From the human T2T-CHM13v2.0 reference genome, Homo sapiens, in NCBI RefSeq assembly GCF_009914755.1, contig NC_060936.1: a stretch of DNA of 64,000 nucleotides. One strand, given 5' to 3'. The notes beneath the pieces were generated by a model. That model had not been told where the DNA came from, did no database searches, and was given only the letters and a program-made list of their open reading frames with translations. Of this stretch, positions 35,728 to 48,717 are shown in pieces; within the stretch, counting starts at the first letter, position 1; every line of letters starts with the position of its first letter. The position numbers were made by a program, and so were the translations under genes.

Positions 35728-36050
35728 ACACTCACTGGGGACTCTGTTATGCCAGTCATTTTGCATAGTGCTTTACAAATCATCTTTATAATGTATTTGT
35801 GTTTTTATTACTTTTCATAAAAATAACTAAGTATGTTATAATGATTTATGGTTTATTACTTGTACATTATTTCATGTAGTCTTCAGAAAATACCCTGAAG
35901 TGAGGTGATTTTACTAGCCCCATTTCACAGAAGAGGAGACTGAGGCTTAGCAGGGTGAAGGAAACCTGCAGAGGCCACCCAGGTGACCAGCAGGAGGGGC
36001 AGAATTCAAAGCCAGGTGGTCTGATCCCAGAGCTTGTGCTCCTGACCCTG
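35728..36050 (-). mobile_element. MIR with an AT-rich interruption
   Basis: cccatttcacagaagaggagactgaggcttag...gcagaattcaaagccagg. Confidence 0.85.
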
Positions 36051-37232
36051 GGCTTCTCCAATTGAGAGCCACAGACACTGAAGATGTGGCAGGTTCAGTC
36101 ACAGAGAGGCTGGCAGGCTACGCCTTCAGCCAAGTCTTCACTTCTTTCGTTCAGTGTCCCAGAGCCTTCCCTGCTTCTCTTCTCACTGTCCCCGTGACAG
36201 GGTCAGCTGTGGCCCCGGACTAAAGTGATCTAGAGGTGGGGTTTGGCCTGCCAGGGGTCCCTGGGCTCACCCTGTCTCCTGTCCGCCCCAACCCCAGAGT
36301 GCCAGCTGGTGTTCTCTCCCCTGGCTGGTGGTGGCCAGGCCTGCCCTGTTCCCCTGCCCTGAGTGGCTGCCGGCTTGTATCTGTCCCCTGGAGGATCCCA
36401 GAAGCCCAGGGCTGCTCTCATGGATGTGGTCACGTCACTACCCGGGGTTTGCAGAGCATGCATCTAATTTTCCGACTTCACGAGGCACATCCACCAAGAA
36501 GCTGCAATCTCCCCAAGAGAAGACTATCGAAGCCTTTGTCCTAATGCAGAGCATGGACTATGTTGACAAATTAGTGAACACAGCCTGCCTCTGCCACAGC
36601 GATCCAGAGGTGTTAATAGTGGAGTAGCTCTGGTGTCCAGCAACATGACTCAGGCGGGGTTATTCGCCTAGGTTATTTCATTAAAGACATTGGAGAGAAG
36701 TGAGCCAGGACTCCCTTCAACTGCTGGTGATATTTGTTGGGGTTGCCTTATTCTGGGTTAGATACCCAGTGAGCATGATCAACTGAAGGGGACGTGAGGT
36801 GCAGAGAGGGGGCTGGGAGCGGCTGACCCTCGGTGTCTCCGACACCATCACACCCGTCTTGTCTCCCTGACATGCCTCAGTTCCAACCTGCCATCGTCAT
36901 GCGACGCTCACCACACCCAGGGGTGACATGCGGCTGAAAGGCACCCATATGGTCACGGCGCGTGTAATATTATGGAATATTTCTCTACTAATTGACAAGT
37001 AGGCACAGCCCTCCATCTCCCCAAGGACTCCATCCACCTCCTCAGCTTCTTCAGACTCTTTCTTGGGATTCGCTAGACCTTCTCATTACCCGGCAGCTAA
37101 AAGGAAGAGCAGAGGGCTTTCCAGATGTTGCCCCCCGTCTTCTGTCTGCTTCTCTTCTGATTTTTCTGTGCTCTTCTGGTTCCTCTGCGAATATTTGTAT
37201 ATTACCTGGACGAATCCACATGCCATTCATAA

Positions 37233-37545
<313 letters not shown>

Positions 37546-38112
37546 ATGATTATGGCCTTCAATGTAGTTTTAAATCAACTCACCTAAAACAAGCAACCAA
37601 GAGGCTCTATGGCCAGGCTGAAAAGTTTTCTCCAGACTCCATCACACTGGGTAATGGGGGTGTTGTCACAGAGCATTTCTCCACATCTCTGCTAACCTAA
37701 AAATTCTCCCAGCCTGGGTTTTAACAAAGCAGAGCCCCACGTCCATCTCATCTCCAATTTGTCTTGTAATCAGTGTCAGGGGAGGGAAGACAGGAGCAGC
37801 TGGCTTGTTATCTCACTACTGCTCATCACCTTCCTGCTCAGCAACTCAGCAGCATAAAATGCTGCTCGAAAATCCCCCAGATTTGACCTGACATGAGCCT
37901 GGGCTCCTGTCTGGAGGCTTTTTAATAATGAGCAGTTTGCCTGGGCTGAGGGCCATTTCCATAATCTCCACCCGCCCCTGCAGGCATTTTGCTCACTAGA
38001 TGGGGAGAGAGGTCTCCCAGGTGGAGGGAATTTGGAGCAATCTCAAGGAAGAGTCTGTGGGCCTGGGTGTAGGCTTGTTTTGCTCTTCTGTAATTTAGAG
38101 ATTATTTCCTGG

Positions 38113-38567
38113 ATGCCTGACATTGTTGGTCATTTGCCCTCACGTTCGTTTCTCTCCCTTCCCCTGCTCCGCTCTGAATCCCAGGCTTTGCAAACCGTTT
38201 CCCGGGCTTCCTTGTCAACTGGTGTCCTGGTAGTTTCAGCCAACAGGAGGCACTGGTGAGAGAGGGGAGATGCCAGGGTATCTTTCTCCCTCTTTCTTTC
38301 TGTGCTTTGGGCAGTGTCTCTTAGGAGCTGAGTCCTTCCCATCCCTCCAGCTCCCACCCGGCACTTCCTGCCAACTCTTCCGAGCTCTGGCAACACCACC
38401 TCCTCCCTTTGTCTTTGCAGCCTGGGCAGTCGTATTTGCTTCCTGCTATGACTATCTCTAGGTTTTCTCAGGCTCCCCTCTTTGTCCTTCCAGCCCATCA
38501 ACACTGGCTCACATCCTAAATCCCAACCCTCGAGTCCTTTGCTGTCGTTTCTGTTGTCCTGACTGGA
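38113..38567 (+). mobile_element. LTR33-like ERVL LTR
   Basis: ttcagccaacaggaggcactgg...cagggtatct...cctcccctttgtctttgcagcctggg. Confidence 0.6.
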
Positions 38568-40882
38568 CTTTGCTCCACACACCTATTTTGTGTGCAGCCC
38601 TGTGCCAGACACTGGGAGGAAAGGAGTCAGCCGCGATAGAATGCAGTAGCCGCAAGTCAGAGAGCTATGCCTGTGGTTCTTCGGGGAGTTGCTGCTCACC
38701 AAATGCAGAATTTAAATGTGGTGTTGGCTCACGGCATACAAAGGTTGAAAACGATGGAATGAGAGATTGCGGGCCTAAATAGATGGGAATAAATGCTCTG
38801 AAGGTTTTGCCGTTTCCCCTGTAATGCCGGGTCTCGGTGTTTGGGTCATCGTGAAATGTCAGAACACTCCAGGCTGTGCCGTGAAGAATGGAAGGAGAGC
38901 AGTACATACTAATTATTTCTACCTACAGCGTTTCTGTGCCTCTCTTAACGATTTTCACAAGCTGATCTCATGAGGCATTTTCATACTCCAAAACAAATAT
39001 AAAATATTCCACCTCAAAATTATATAAGTGACTTTTGAGAACTCCAAAATCAGGAGGGTGGCTTTTCATAGAACCCCAAGCTCAGTGGTTTGGGGTGCCT
39101 CCAGCAGTAGGGCCAGGGGCTCAGGTGTGCATCAGTGACAGAAGCAGAAGCATCAGGCGGACGTGATTGCAATGGCTTGCTGGGGTGGCGGTTCTGCAGC
39201 TTTTTCCATGTGTCCTGGATGACTCTGCTCTCATTTCAGCTGGGAATCATTTCCCGGCTCTGGAAAGTTTCTCCAGAAGCGCACTGATCAGGAGCGTGGG
39301 ACACCTAGATGGAAGGAGATGACACAGCGTGGCTGAGGCTTTTGTCCATTCCAGGCAAAACCATTCACGACATTCCTTCAGTTCCTGGTTCCTCTTTCAT
39401 TTTCAAAATCTTCTCTGGAAATCACAATTACTCTTATTTAAAATTTGTGACACAGGCGTTTCATCATCTTTTCTTTGGTAGCTGAGAACAGCTTGATAGA
39501 TGGATGGTGGTCCCACAGACCTCATTTGGAGATGCTCTGAAGATCCAGTGAAGGGGAGTGAATGTGAGGTGGTACATTTGTGGGATGACAGCTCAGTGGG
39601 ACACAGCTCAGAGGGAGGTGAGGAGAGAGCATCAGGAGAAGAACCAGGTAGCAGACACAAGAGGGCTGTGCACTCTACTCACGTCAGAGTGCTGCCTTCA
39701 TTCTCATTTTTAGAAACCACAGAAAATATGCTTACATTTCCCCAGTTTTGCAACTCAGGGAGCTAGGATGAGAGGATATTGATGTATTCATTAATTCAAC
39801 AAATATGGACTGCTTAGCACCCATTGCGATACAAGGCTTCTAGAACTGTATAAAAATCCCCTGCTTTCGGGGAATGTGTCTTTGACATCCAGCATCCTGA
39901 GGTCATTTAATGAGTGTTTGGCGATTGAGTACAAATCATAAATTTGTAAATAAGATGTAATATTTTAAAACTTAATAACGATGATACTTATATTCCAAGG
40001 ATGGATCATATTGTTTGTGATTGTTCCCTGTGATATCTATATCTGGTTCAGTAACAGATGGTTGGTCCCCTAAGCCATTTTTCTCAACCACTTGGTTCCT
40101 TTTCTTATTATATCTTTTTTATTTTTTAAATTAGAACTTTCTGACTCCTTAGAGATGGCAGCTAGAGTCTGTTGGTTCTCACAGTTCTAGAAGCTTGAAA
40201 TGTCCACAGACCCAGAGCATTTGCCCTGGCTTTTAGTTGCCAATTGCTTTCTGAGAATTATGCAATTGCTGTTGATTTCTCTGTGCACGCCACTGAAAAG
40301 ACACTTTCTCAGTATGTTTTAGATCATGTTTACACTTTTCTGGCATTACAGGATCAAGATCAGGAAACATATTGTTGACTAAAAAATAAAGAACAGAACG
40401 TGAAGTCAGCCAGCATTTCTGTTTCATAGATGTGCAGTGCACAAACGAGAGATGCTTGGTATAAAGCACACACATCAATGATTCCTTACATTTGTAAAAC
40501 AAAACATTTGCAAGAATGCACAGATGCCAGTAATTGGTTTCCCACATAGAATGCCATCTGATAAAGGAACTCACTAATACCATATTGCACTTTCTCTGCA
40601 AGCATCTCTGGCATTCAATTTGCACCTGACTTTCCAAGCTTCTCCAGGTTGGTGCGATCTGTACCCATTTTATGCTACAGGGAGTACATGCATCTTGATG
40701 GTGATTATGGAGTGATTTTATTTTCTTTACCTTTAACCACAATGTTAGTTTTGTATAAAAAGCATTATTTTTGCTTACTAGAGAGGTACTTTTTTTGAAA
40801 TGTTGTGAATATTGTCATGACTTTATGCTGGTTTAATAAAATCCAATTTTCAGAGAGTCATTATCATTCTTCCTACTCATTC

Positions 40883-42746
40883 TGGCTTAGGCATTTTGTG
40901 TTGCTATAACTGAAGGCTACAGATTGGGTAATTTATAAAGAAAAGACATTTATGTCTCACAGTTCTTGAGGCTGGGAAGCCCAATATTAAGGTGCTGTCA
41001 TCTAGCAAGGGCCTTCATGCTGCATCTTCCTACAGCAGGGGGCAGACGGCCAAAGGCCAAGAGCAGGTGGGAGAGTAAGAGACAGGAAGGGCTGGATGCA
41101 TCCTTTTATCAGGAGCCCATTCCCATTATAAGCAACCCACTCCCAAGATAGCTAACACATGTACATGCCTATGATAACCCACTCCACAAATAACCAAACC
41201 ACTGCTGAGATAACTAACCCACTCCTGTGATACCCAACACACTCCCAATATAATGAATCCACTCCCCCAGTAACCAACCCACTCCCAAGATAACTGACAT
41301 ACTCCCAATATAATGAATCCACTCCCAAGATAATCAACCCACTCTCATGATAACTAACCCATCCCCAAGATAAGTAGCCCACTCCTGTGATAACAAACTC
41401 CCAAAATAACCAAACCACTCCCATGATAACTGACCCACTTCTGACATAACTAACCCACTTCCATGATACCCAACCCACTCCCAATATAATGAACATACTC
41501 CCACGATAACCAACTCACTCCAAAGAAAAATAACACACTCCCAATATAAACCAACCTATTCCCAAGATAACCAACCCACTCTCACGATAACTAACTCATC
41601 CCCAAGATAACTAACCCACTCCCAAAATAACCAAACCACTCCCATGATAACCCTCTCCTGAAGTAACTAACTCAGTCCTGTGATACCCAACCCACTTCCA
41701 ATAAAATGAACATACTCCCACGATAACCAACTCACTCCCAAGATAAATAACCCACTCCCAATATAATAAACCTACTCCCAAGATAACCAACCCACTCTCA
41801 TGAGAACTAACTCACTGTTGAGATAACTAACCCATTCCCATGATAACTAGTCAATTCCTGAGATAGCTAGTTCACTCCCATGATAACCAATCCACTCCCA
41901 AGATAGCTATTCCACTCCCAACATAAATAACCCACTTTTGTGGTACCCAACCTACTCCCCAGATAAATAACACCCTCCCAATGGAGTGAATCCACTCCCA
42001 AAAGTAACCAGCCCACTCTCATAATAACTAACTCACTCCTGTGATACCGAATCCACTCACGAGATAAATAACACTCCCGAGACAACTATCACACTCCTGT
42101 GATAACCCACTCCCTCAATAACCAAATCACTTCCATGATAACTAACCCACTCCCAAGATAACAAACTCACTCCCATGATAACTCACTCTCAAGATAACTA
42201 GCCCACTCTCAAGATAACTAACCCACTTTTGTGATAAGCCACTTCCGAGATATTAACTTACTCCTGAGATAAATAACCCACTCCTGAGATCATTAACACA
42301 CTCCCCAAATAACTAACCCACTCCTGTGATAACTAACCCACTCCTATGATAACGAGCCCACTACTGAGATAACTCATTCACTCTCATGATAATCAACCCA
42401 CTCTTGAGATAATGAGCCCACCCCTACAATAATTAATCAACTTCTCCAATAACTAGCCCACTCCTAAAATAACTAGCCCACTCCAGAGATAACTATCCCA
42501 CTTCTATGATAGCTAACCCACCCTTGAGATAACTCACTCACTCCCATCATAACTAGCCTACTCCCAAGATAACTAACCCACTCCTGAGATATCTAACCCA
42601 TTCTGGAGATAATGGCATTAGTCCACTTGTGAGGGCAGGGCCCTCATGACCTAATCACCTCTTAAAGGTCCCACATGTCAACATTGGTGCATTGGCTATC
42701 AAGTCTCCGACTCATAAACTCTGGGGGACACATTCAAACTAGAGCA
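40883..42746 (-). mobile_element. MSTD/MSTC-type MaLR solo LTR carrying an expanded minisatellite
   Basis: LTR halves 40883-41113 and 42613-42746 (ggcattagtccacttgtgagggcagggccctcatgacctaatcacctcttaaaggtccc); TSD cattc and catcc. Confidence 0.9.
41114..42612. repeat. ~20-bp minisatellite (AACCCACTCCCAAGATAACT)n, ~75 diverged copies
   Basis: Seen directly; copy number estimated as length/20. Confidence 0.95.
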
Positions 42747-44131
42747 CATCCTATTATTTTCAATGCTTGATCATCATACTTGCAGATTCACCTGCCTCAG
42801 TACATTCCTATTTACATTTGACATCTGTCCACTCTTTATGTTCACATCATCATTATGGACATAAAACTGACATTACTATCTTAGTTACTAGTTTTTCATT
42901 TCAGTTAACCTGTGTTAAGCCATTGATCTATTTTTATGAATTGAAAATATGATGTAAACACAATGGAAGCAACAGACACTGCAAACTTTACAAATGCAAA
43001 TGAAACACAAATTATATAAAATTCCATTAGCTGATAATAATTTTAGCCTGATAACTGAATGCTGGCTGAAAACAAAACCACAGACCATCTGGTCTTTGTA
43101 ATGCCTACATAACTTTAAAATAGTAATGATTATTAAGAACATAATGTGGCTTCTTTGATAATCGTAATTAATCTTATCTTTCAAATTTATGACATATATA
43201 ATTTCATTGCTTTTTCCTCTGCAGCTGTCAATCCACTTGCTAGAATGCTAGATATTCTCTATTAGGGAGTGAAGGCCCAATTAGGGGAGTGAATGTTTTA
43301 GCATGGCATGCTGGTGGAGGTATTGTTCAGTTTGGATGGAGAGATAGAATTTGTCAGAGGGGTGGAGATGAGATGCGAGATAAAGTAGGGCAACATCATG
43401 AAGCACCTGGTGCTGACAGAGGGGTAGGTGAGGTTTATATTTTAGAGAAAGATTACCATATGGAGAGTGGTTTGGGAAGGGTACCATTCAGAGACCAAAA
43501 AGTTACGTAGGGAGTTGTAGAAACTGAAGTGAGAGATGACGGTAGCAGGGCTTAGAAGAATGGTGATAAAGGTGGAGAGGAGAGGACTGCTCTAAGATGC
43601 ATAAGGAAACTGAATACACATGTACATTAGACCTAATGGCTGACTCTGTGTTTGCACACACGTGTGCAAGCTTTGCAGGGGAGAGGAGGCAAAATGGATA
43701 AGAGGGAGAAATCAAGAAGGACTCCTTTTTCCTGAAATGGAAAACACAAGTGCATGAGCAGGTTTTTGAGAAAAAAAAATAATGCATTTGCTTTTAGACA
43801 TCTTGAGTTTAAGTTATCGTGTGATACCAAGTTGGAATGTGGCACAGACAACTGGAACTCAGAACATAAAAGTGGTTTGGAATTTCTTATTAGGTAATCA
43901 TCTGTTGGCATAGAAGTATATCCAGGCATTGATTGAATCTATGCAAACGTACAAAATCCCTCAGGGCATCCTGAGAAATGAAGAGGCAGAGGATGGAGGC
44001 CTAAAGGATATCTGTCTTCAAGTGTTGCCAGAGGAAGAGCAGCCACATGAAGAAAGTTAGGAGAAACACTGGAAGAGCACATTGGGGAATTTCAGAAAAA
44101 AAGAGTCTTTCAAGAAGAGGCAGTGATCAAC

Positions 44132-44491
44132 GGTATGAGTCTATTTTCACAATGCTATAAATATACTGCCTGACACTGGGTAATTTATAAACAAAAGAGG
44201 TTTAATTGACTCACAGTTCTGCATGGCTGGGGAGGTCTCAGGAAACTTACAGTCATGGCAGAAGGTGAAGGGGAAGCAAGTGCCTTCTTCACAAGGTGGC
44301 AGGAGAGAGGAAGCAAGGGAAATGCCCCTTTTAAACCATCAGATCTTGTGAAAACTCCTGCACTATCACAAGAATGCATGGGAGAAACCACCTCCATTAT
44401 CCAATCACTTCCCACTAGGTCCCTCCTCTGACATGTTGGGATTACAATTCCAGATGAGATTTGGGTGGGGATACAGAGCCAAACCATATCA
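44132..44491 (-). mobile_element. MSTA/THE1D-type solo LTR
   Basis: gaggtttaattgactcacagttctgcatggctgggg...agccaaaccatatca; TSD tcaac and tcaat. Confidence 0.93.
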
Positions 44492-44857
44492 TCAATTGTT
44501 TCAAATGTAGCTGAGACTTCAAGTAGATGAGGATGGACAATGTACTTCTTGGTTTTAACAGCAAGTATTTGGTTCTGTTACCCTGGGAAGTGCAGTTTTA
44601 ATTCAGTGATAAATAGAGTGCACTAGGTTGAGGCTGAGAGTGGATGTGGATTAGAAGGGACCACATGAGTGCAAGTGATGCATTCATGTTGATGAGCTGT
44701 GAAAACCTGAAACCGGGCAGTGGCTGGAGGGACACCTTATATAGAAAGTCAATTCATTTTTTCCTTTAACACGGAGGAAATGTGAACATGTTCATAACTG
44801 GGGAAGAAACACACGAAGAGAGATAAATGACATATGCATAATAGAAAAGAGAAAACT

Positions 44858-45161
44858 GACCAGACACGGGCACTCACACCTGTAATCTCAGCGCTTTGGG
44901 AGGCTGAGGTGGGCAGATCACTTGAGGCCAGGAGTTTGAGACCAGCCTGGCCAACAGGGCAAAACCCTGTCTCTACTAAAAAATACAAAATAAATTAGCC
45001 AGGCATGGTAGTGCATGCCTGTAATCCCAGCTACTTGGGTGGCTAAGGCATGAGAATCACTTGAACCTGGGAGGTGGAGGTTGCAGTGAGCCTAGATTGT
45101 GCCACTGGACTCCAGCCTGGTGGACAGTGAGACTCGGGCTCAAAAAAAAAAAAAAAAAAAA
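44858..45161 (+). mobile_element. AluS
   Basis: Full dimer with A20 tail; TSD agaaaactga and agaaaattga. Confidence 0.95.
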
Positions 45162-45540
45162 GAAAATTGATAAGACGAGAGTAGTGGGGATTCAGAGGAA
45201 AACAGATATGGTTCTAAGACAGGAGGGAGGCTGCCTCCTCCACTGTGATGACAGGGGAGAGTTAGAATGGCTGTGGATACAAGTGGGCAGCCAGGGAATC
45301 TATTTCTGTACAACAGTTTCTCATCTCTCCATGAAGTAAGAGCTGAGATGCTGCCTGAGGTAGAAGAGATGGGATAGTAAAACTAGAAGAGCATGGAGCA
45401 AGGATGAAACACCCTCCATTGAAAGGAGAGGAAAAAGCTTGTTGAACAGGGATGAGCTCTGATTTGGGGGCTGCAAATCACTTATCTCAGTGGATTGTGT
45501 TTCTGAGGAATCTATGCTTTGCTACTGCATCAACTCCTAG

Positions 45541-46081
45541 TGTATGTTGGGGTCATATGGGCACTTGTTTTGGCCTCAACCACATCCATTTTGTCTTCTA
45601 TTTTTCACAGAATTCAATTCACATTTTTCTTGTAGAATCATCTCTCTCCTACTCCCAGGCCAAGTGGGCTGGAATAGTTGGCTTGGGAAGTGGCATGTGG
45701 CCCAGGCCTCACCAATCACTAAATCCCATTCCATCTGGTTGCACTGATTGGTTCAGAGATGGACAAATCACCCAAATTGAGCCAATAAGACTCAGTCTCA
45801 AGACTTTAGTTTGCATTAGTAGGTGAAACAACATCTCTTTCCATCTTGTTGCTGACACAGCAGATCATGGAACTGAATCTGCTGACATCCCTCTTGCTTA
45901 GGAATGAAACTAACATGAAGGAAGCCAGAGACAAGCCATAGAGAGAGACTGATTCCTGATAGTAGTGTTTGAACCCATGTACCCAGCCATTCTATGTAGC
46001 CCTTGACTTTTTAGTTACAAGAGCCAACAATTTCCCTCATGTTTAAGTTTTCTGACCTTACAAATGAAGAGTCTTGGATAC
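45541..46081 (+). mobile_element. MLT1K/L-like LTR
   Basis: gcatgtggcccaggcctcaccaatca, tgattggttcagagatgg, agttacaagagccaacaattt. Confidence 0.7.
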
Positions 46082-46089
46082 TTTAGAAG

Positions 46090-46345
46090 GACATAGCCTG
46101 ATAGATAGATAGGTCACAAAAATGGAAAGTTCTTAGAGGTTACTACAAAGAAAAAAGAAACAGGGCTTGGGGACTACTTGAGTATCAGAGATGGAAGACA
46201 GGAGTGGTCAAAGGTGACTTTCAGAGTTTTCATGTGTGGGTGACCAAGATGATGATGATTCCATTTAAAGAAATTTCAGGCCAAGAGCTGAGGGAGATGA
46301 GTTTGATTTTAGATGAACTGAGTTGAGATGTGGTTGCATCACTCT
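46090..46345 (-). mobile_element. L2 fragment
   Basis: gtcaaaggtgactttcagagtttt, gatgagtttgattttagatgaactgagttgag. Confidence 0.55.
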
Positions 46346-47433
46346 CTGCAGAAAAATTCATCCAGCATTTGCAAATACTATTTCGATGGATTCTGCCCAG
46401 AGCATACTATGCGCTAAAAATGCATTGAATGAGTAAAAAAGCAATGTGATAAAAAACTCATAAAATAATTATTTAAATATCTCTATCTTCTGGTGGGTAT
46501 GTGCCTGCTTCCTTCCCCAAACCTGTATGGAAACACATCTGAGGAACAGCAGGAAGGAGGGATGTCATTCTGGCTTCCTCCTGGGAGAGTCCAAGAGGAA
46601 AGACTGTGTACATATTTTGGGTCATCATTTATTCTAAATAAATGGTAAAAAGGACCTTGATTCCTTTTGTTTAAAATAATTCTGAAAACAAAATACCTGA
46701 GCAGAAGTATTTAACTGAACATCTCAGACTTTTAGAGTTGGTTTCCAAATATCAAAATCCAGGACTTTCCAGTGAACTGAGCTTTCCATGGACATTTAGT
46801 ATCGTAACCGACTTATCTCAAGAAAATGTTTCAGAGGGCTGGGTGAAAACTTAAGATTGCAGCCGTGGGGAGATGGTGCAGGGTTGGAGTGAAGTACTGA
46901 TTTACTTTTTGTACCCAAACAGCTATTAAAGTAATTTCCTAAATCTATCAAAATAATTTCCTAGACCCATCTTCTCTATTATGGCTTTTGCCTGTCTCTG
47001 AGTCCTTCTGCTGGACAGAGATTAAGTTGGAGAGTCATTGAAATTGTTACCCAACTCGTGCCAGCCTCTCCCCTGGCAAGGTGTAGTAGCCACAGGCCCC
47101 CTGGAGGCTGACCTATTTTGCCATGTCAGAATTGCTTAATTCTGAAAATATAGTGTGGGCAGGCACCTATGTCCTGAGAGTGGAGCATTGAAAACGCTGT
47201 AGTCTTCTAAAGCAGGATCCTCACACTGCCACTTTGTTGCTGGGGAGGAGGCAGACTTTAAAATCATATCGAAATGTTGAATGACCCAGAGAGGGGGATT
47301 CCTCTGGAGTGCAAAGCAGGTCTGTGCTTGCAGACCTGTGACTCTTGCTTAGCACAAAGCCCTGACAATTTTGTTGGGAAACATGTGGTTCCTCCTTTTG
47401 CACAGTATGATGTCTTGGAGAATAATGGGTGAG

Positions 47434-47828
47434 GGTTATGGGCTGAACTGTGTCCCCCCTCAATTCCCTATGTTTAAGCTCTAACTCCAATCTGGCTGTT
47501 TCAGAGACAGGGTCTTTAGGGAAGTAATTAAGGATAAATGAGGTCATAAGGGTGGGGCCCTAATCTGATAGGACTGATGTCCTTATATAAAAATAAAAGA
47601 AAGGCCTCTGAGAGCTTGCATGCTCCATGCACTGAGGAAAGACCCTGTGAGGACATGGAGAGAAGGCAGCCGTGCACAAGCCAGGAAGAGAGCCCTCACC
47701 AGAAACCAACCCTGCTGATATCTTGATGTTAGACATCCAGCCTCCAAAACCGTGAGAAAATAAATGTCTGTTGTTTAAGCCACCCAGTCTATGGTATTTT
47801 GTTATGGCAGTCGGAGCTGACAAATACA
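47434..47828 (+). mobile_element. MLT1A-type solo LTR
   Basis: gttatgggctgaactgtgtcccc...ttgttatggcagtcggagctgacaaataca; TSD gtgag and gtgaa. Confidence 0.92.
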
Positions 47829-47876
47829 GTGAACATGGAAAGTAAAGTGAGCATTAATATTAGCACCAGTGATGAG

Positions 47877-48269
47877 TGATGCAGTTTGGATGTCCCCTCC
47901 AATTCTCATGGTGAGATGTGATCCCCAGTGTTGGAGTTGGGGCCTGGTGGGAGGTATTAGATCATGGGGTTGGATCCCTTATGAGTGCCTCGGTGATGTG
48001 TGCTCTTGCTCTGAGTTCACATGAGATCCAGTCATTTGAAACTGTGTGGCACCTCCCCGACTCTCGTTCCTGATTTTACCAAATGATGTGCCATCTCCCC
48101 CTCTGCCTTCCACCATGTTTGGAAGCTTCCTGAGGCCTTCTTAGAAGCAGATGCCAGAGCCATGCTTCCTGTACGGCTTGCATAACTGTCAGCCAATTAA
48201 ACCCTGTTTCTTTATAAATTACCCACTCCCAGGTATTTCTTTATAGCAAGGAAAGAATGTTCTAACACA
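47877..48269 (+). mobile_element. MSTB-type solo LTR
   Basis: tgatgcagtttggatgtcccctcc...caggtatttctttatagcaa...ctaacaca. Confidence 0.9.
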
Positions 48270-48717
48270 ATCTGTCATTGTGCCGACTTGCCAGGGACCT
48301 GGGCTAGCACAGTCATCCCCCCAGCATCAGCCAAGTGGCCACTGGACTGCGCAGGACCAGCTCTCAACATTGACACTGTGTGGCTGCAAGGTGCAACAGC
48401 AGCAGGGAACCTCCGACACCACGTCCTGGGGGTGGATCCCCAAGACCTTACTTGCACCCTGCAGGCCCCTGAAATTCTTGGGCAAGACACAGAAGGGGTG
48501 GGCTTTGTACAGAAGATTCTAGACAAACTGATAATAAGGCAGGTGTGCCCTTAAGAAATTAGTTTTCAACAATACAAGTTGTAATTGTGTTTGTGTCTCA
48601 AAATTGATGAAGCGTTTCATGAGCTAACAATGCTAAAACAGCTGCAGTGATTCTTGTTTGAAATAGCATTTTTCATTTCTCCCTCCTACATTCAAACAAC
48701 AGCTATTATGAGTTAAA

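Larger units (their letters stand above)
43290..45450 (-). mobile_element. Long L2 fragment interrupted by a MaLR LTR and an Alu
   Basis: agtgagagatgacggtagc, ttttagacatcttgagttt, tttcaagaagaggcagtgatcaac, cactaggttgagg. Confidence 0.7.

Noticed and set aside
40233-40742. 169-aa minus-strand ORF as a gene
   Set aside because: Non-ATG start and no recognisable homology; kept only as a possible non-coding island
41114-42612. CRISPR-like or telomere-like array
   Set aside because: Units are directly adjacent with no unique spacers, there are no cas genes, the context is primate, and the unit is a 20-mer from an LTR rather than TTAGGG despite containing AACCC
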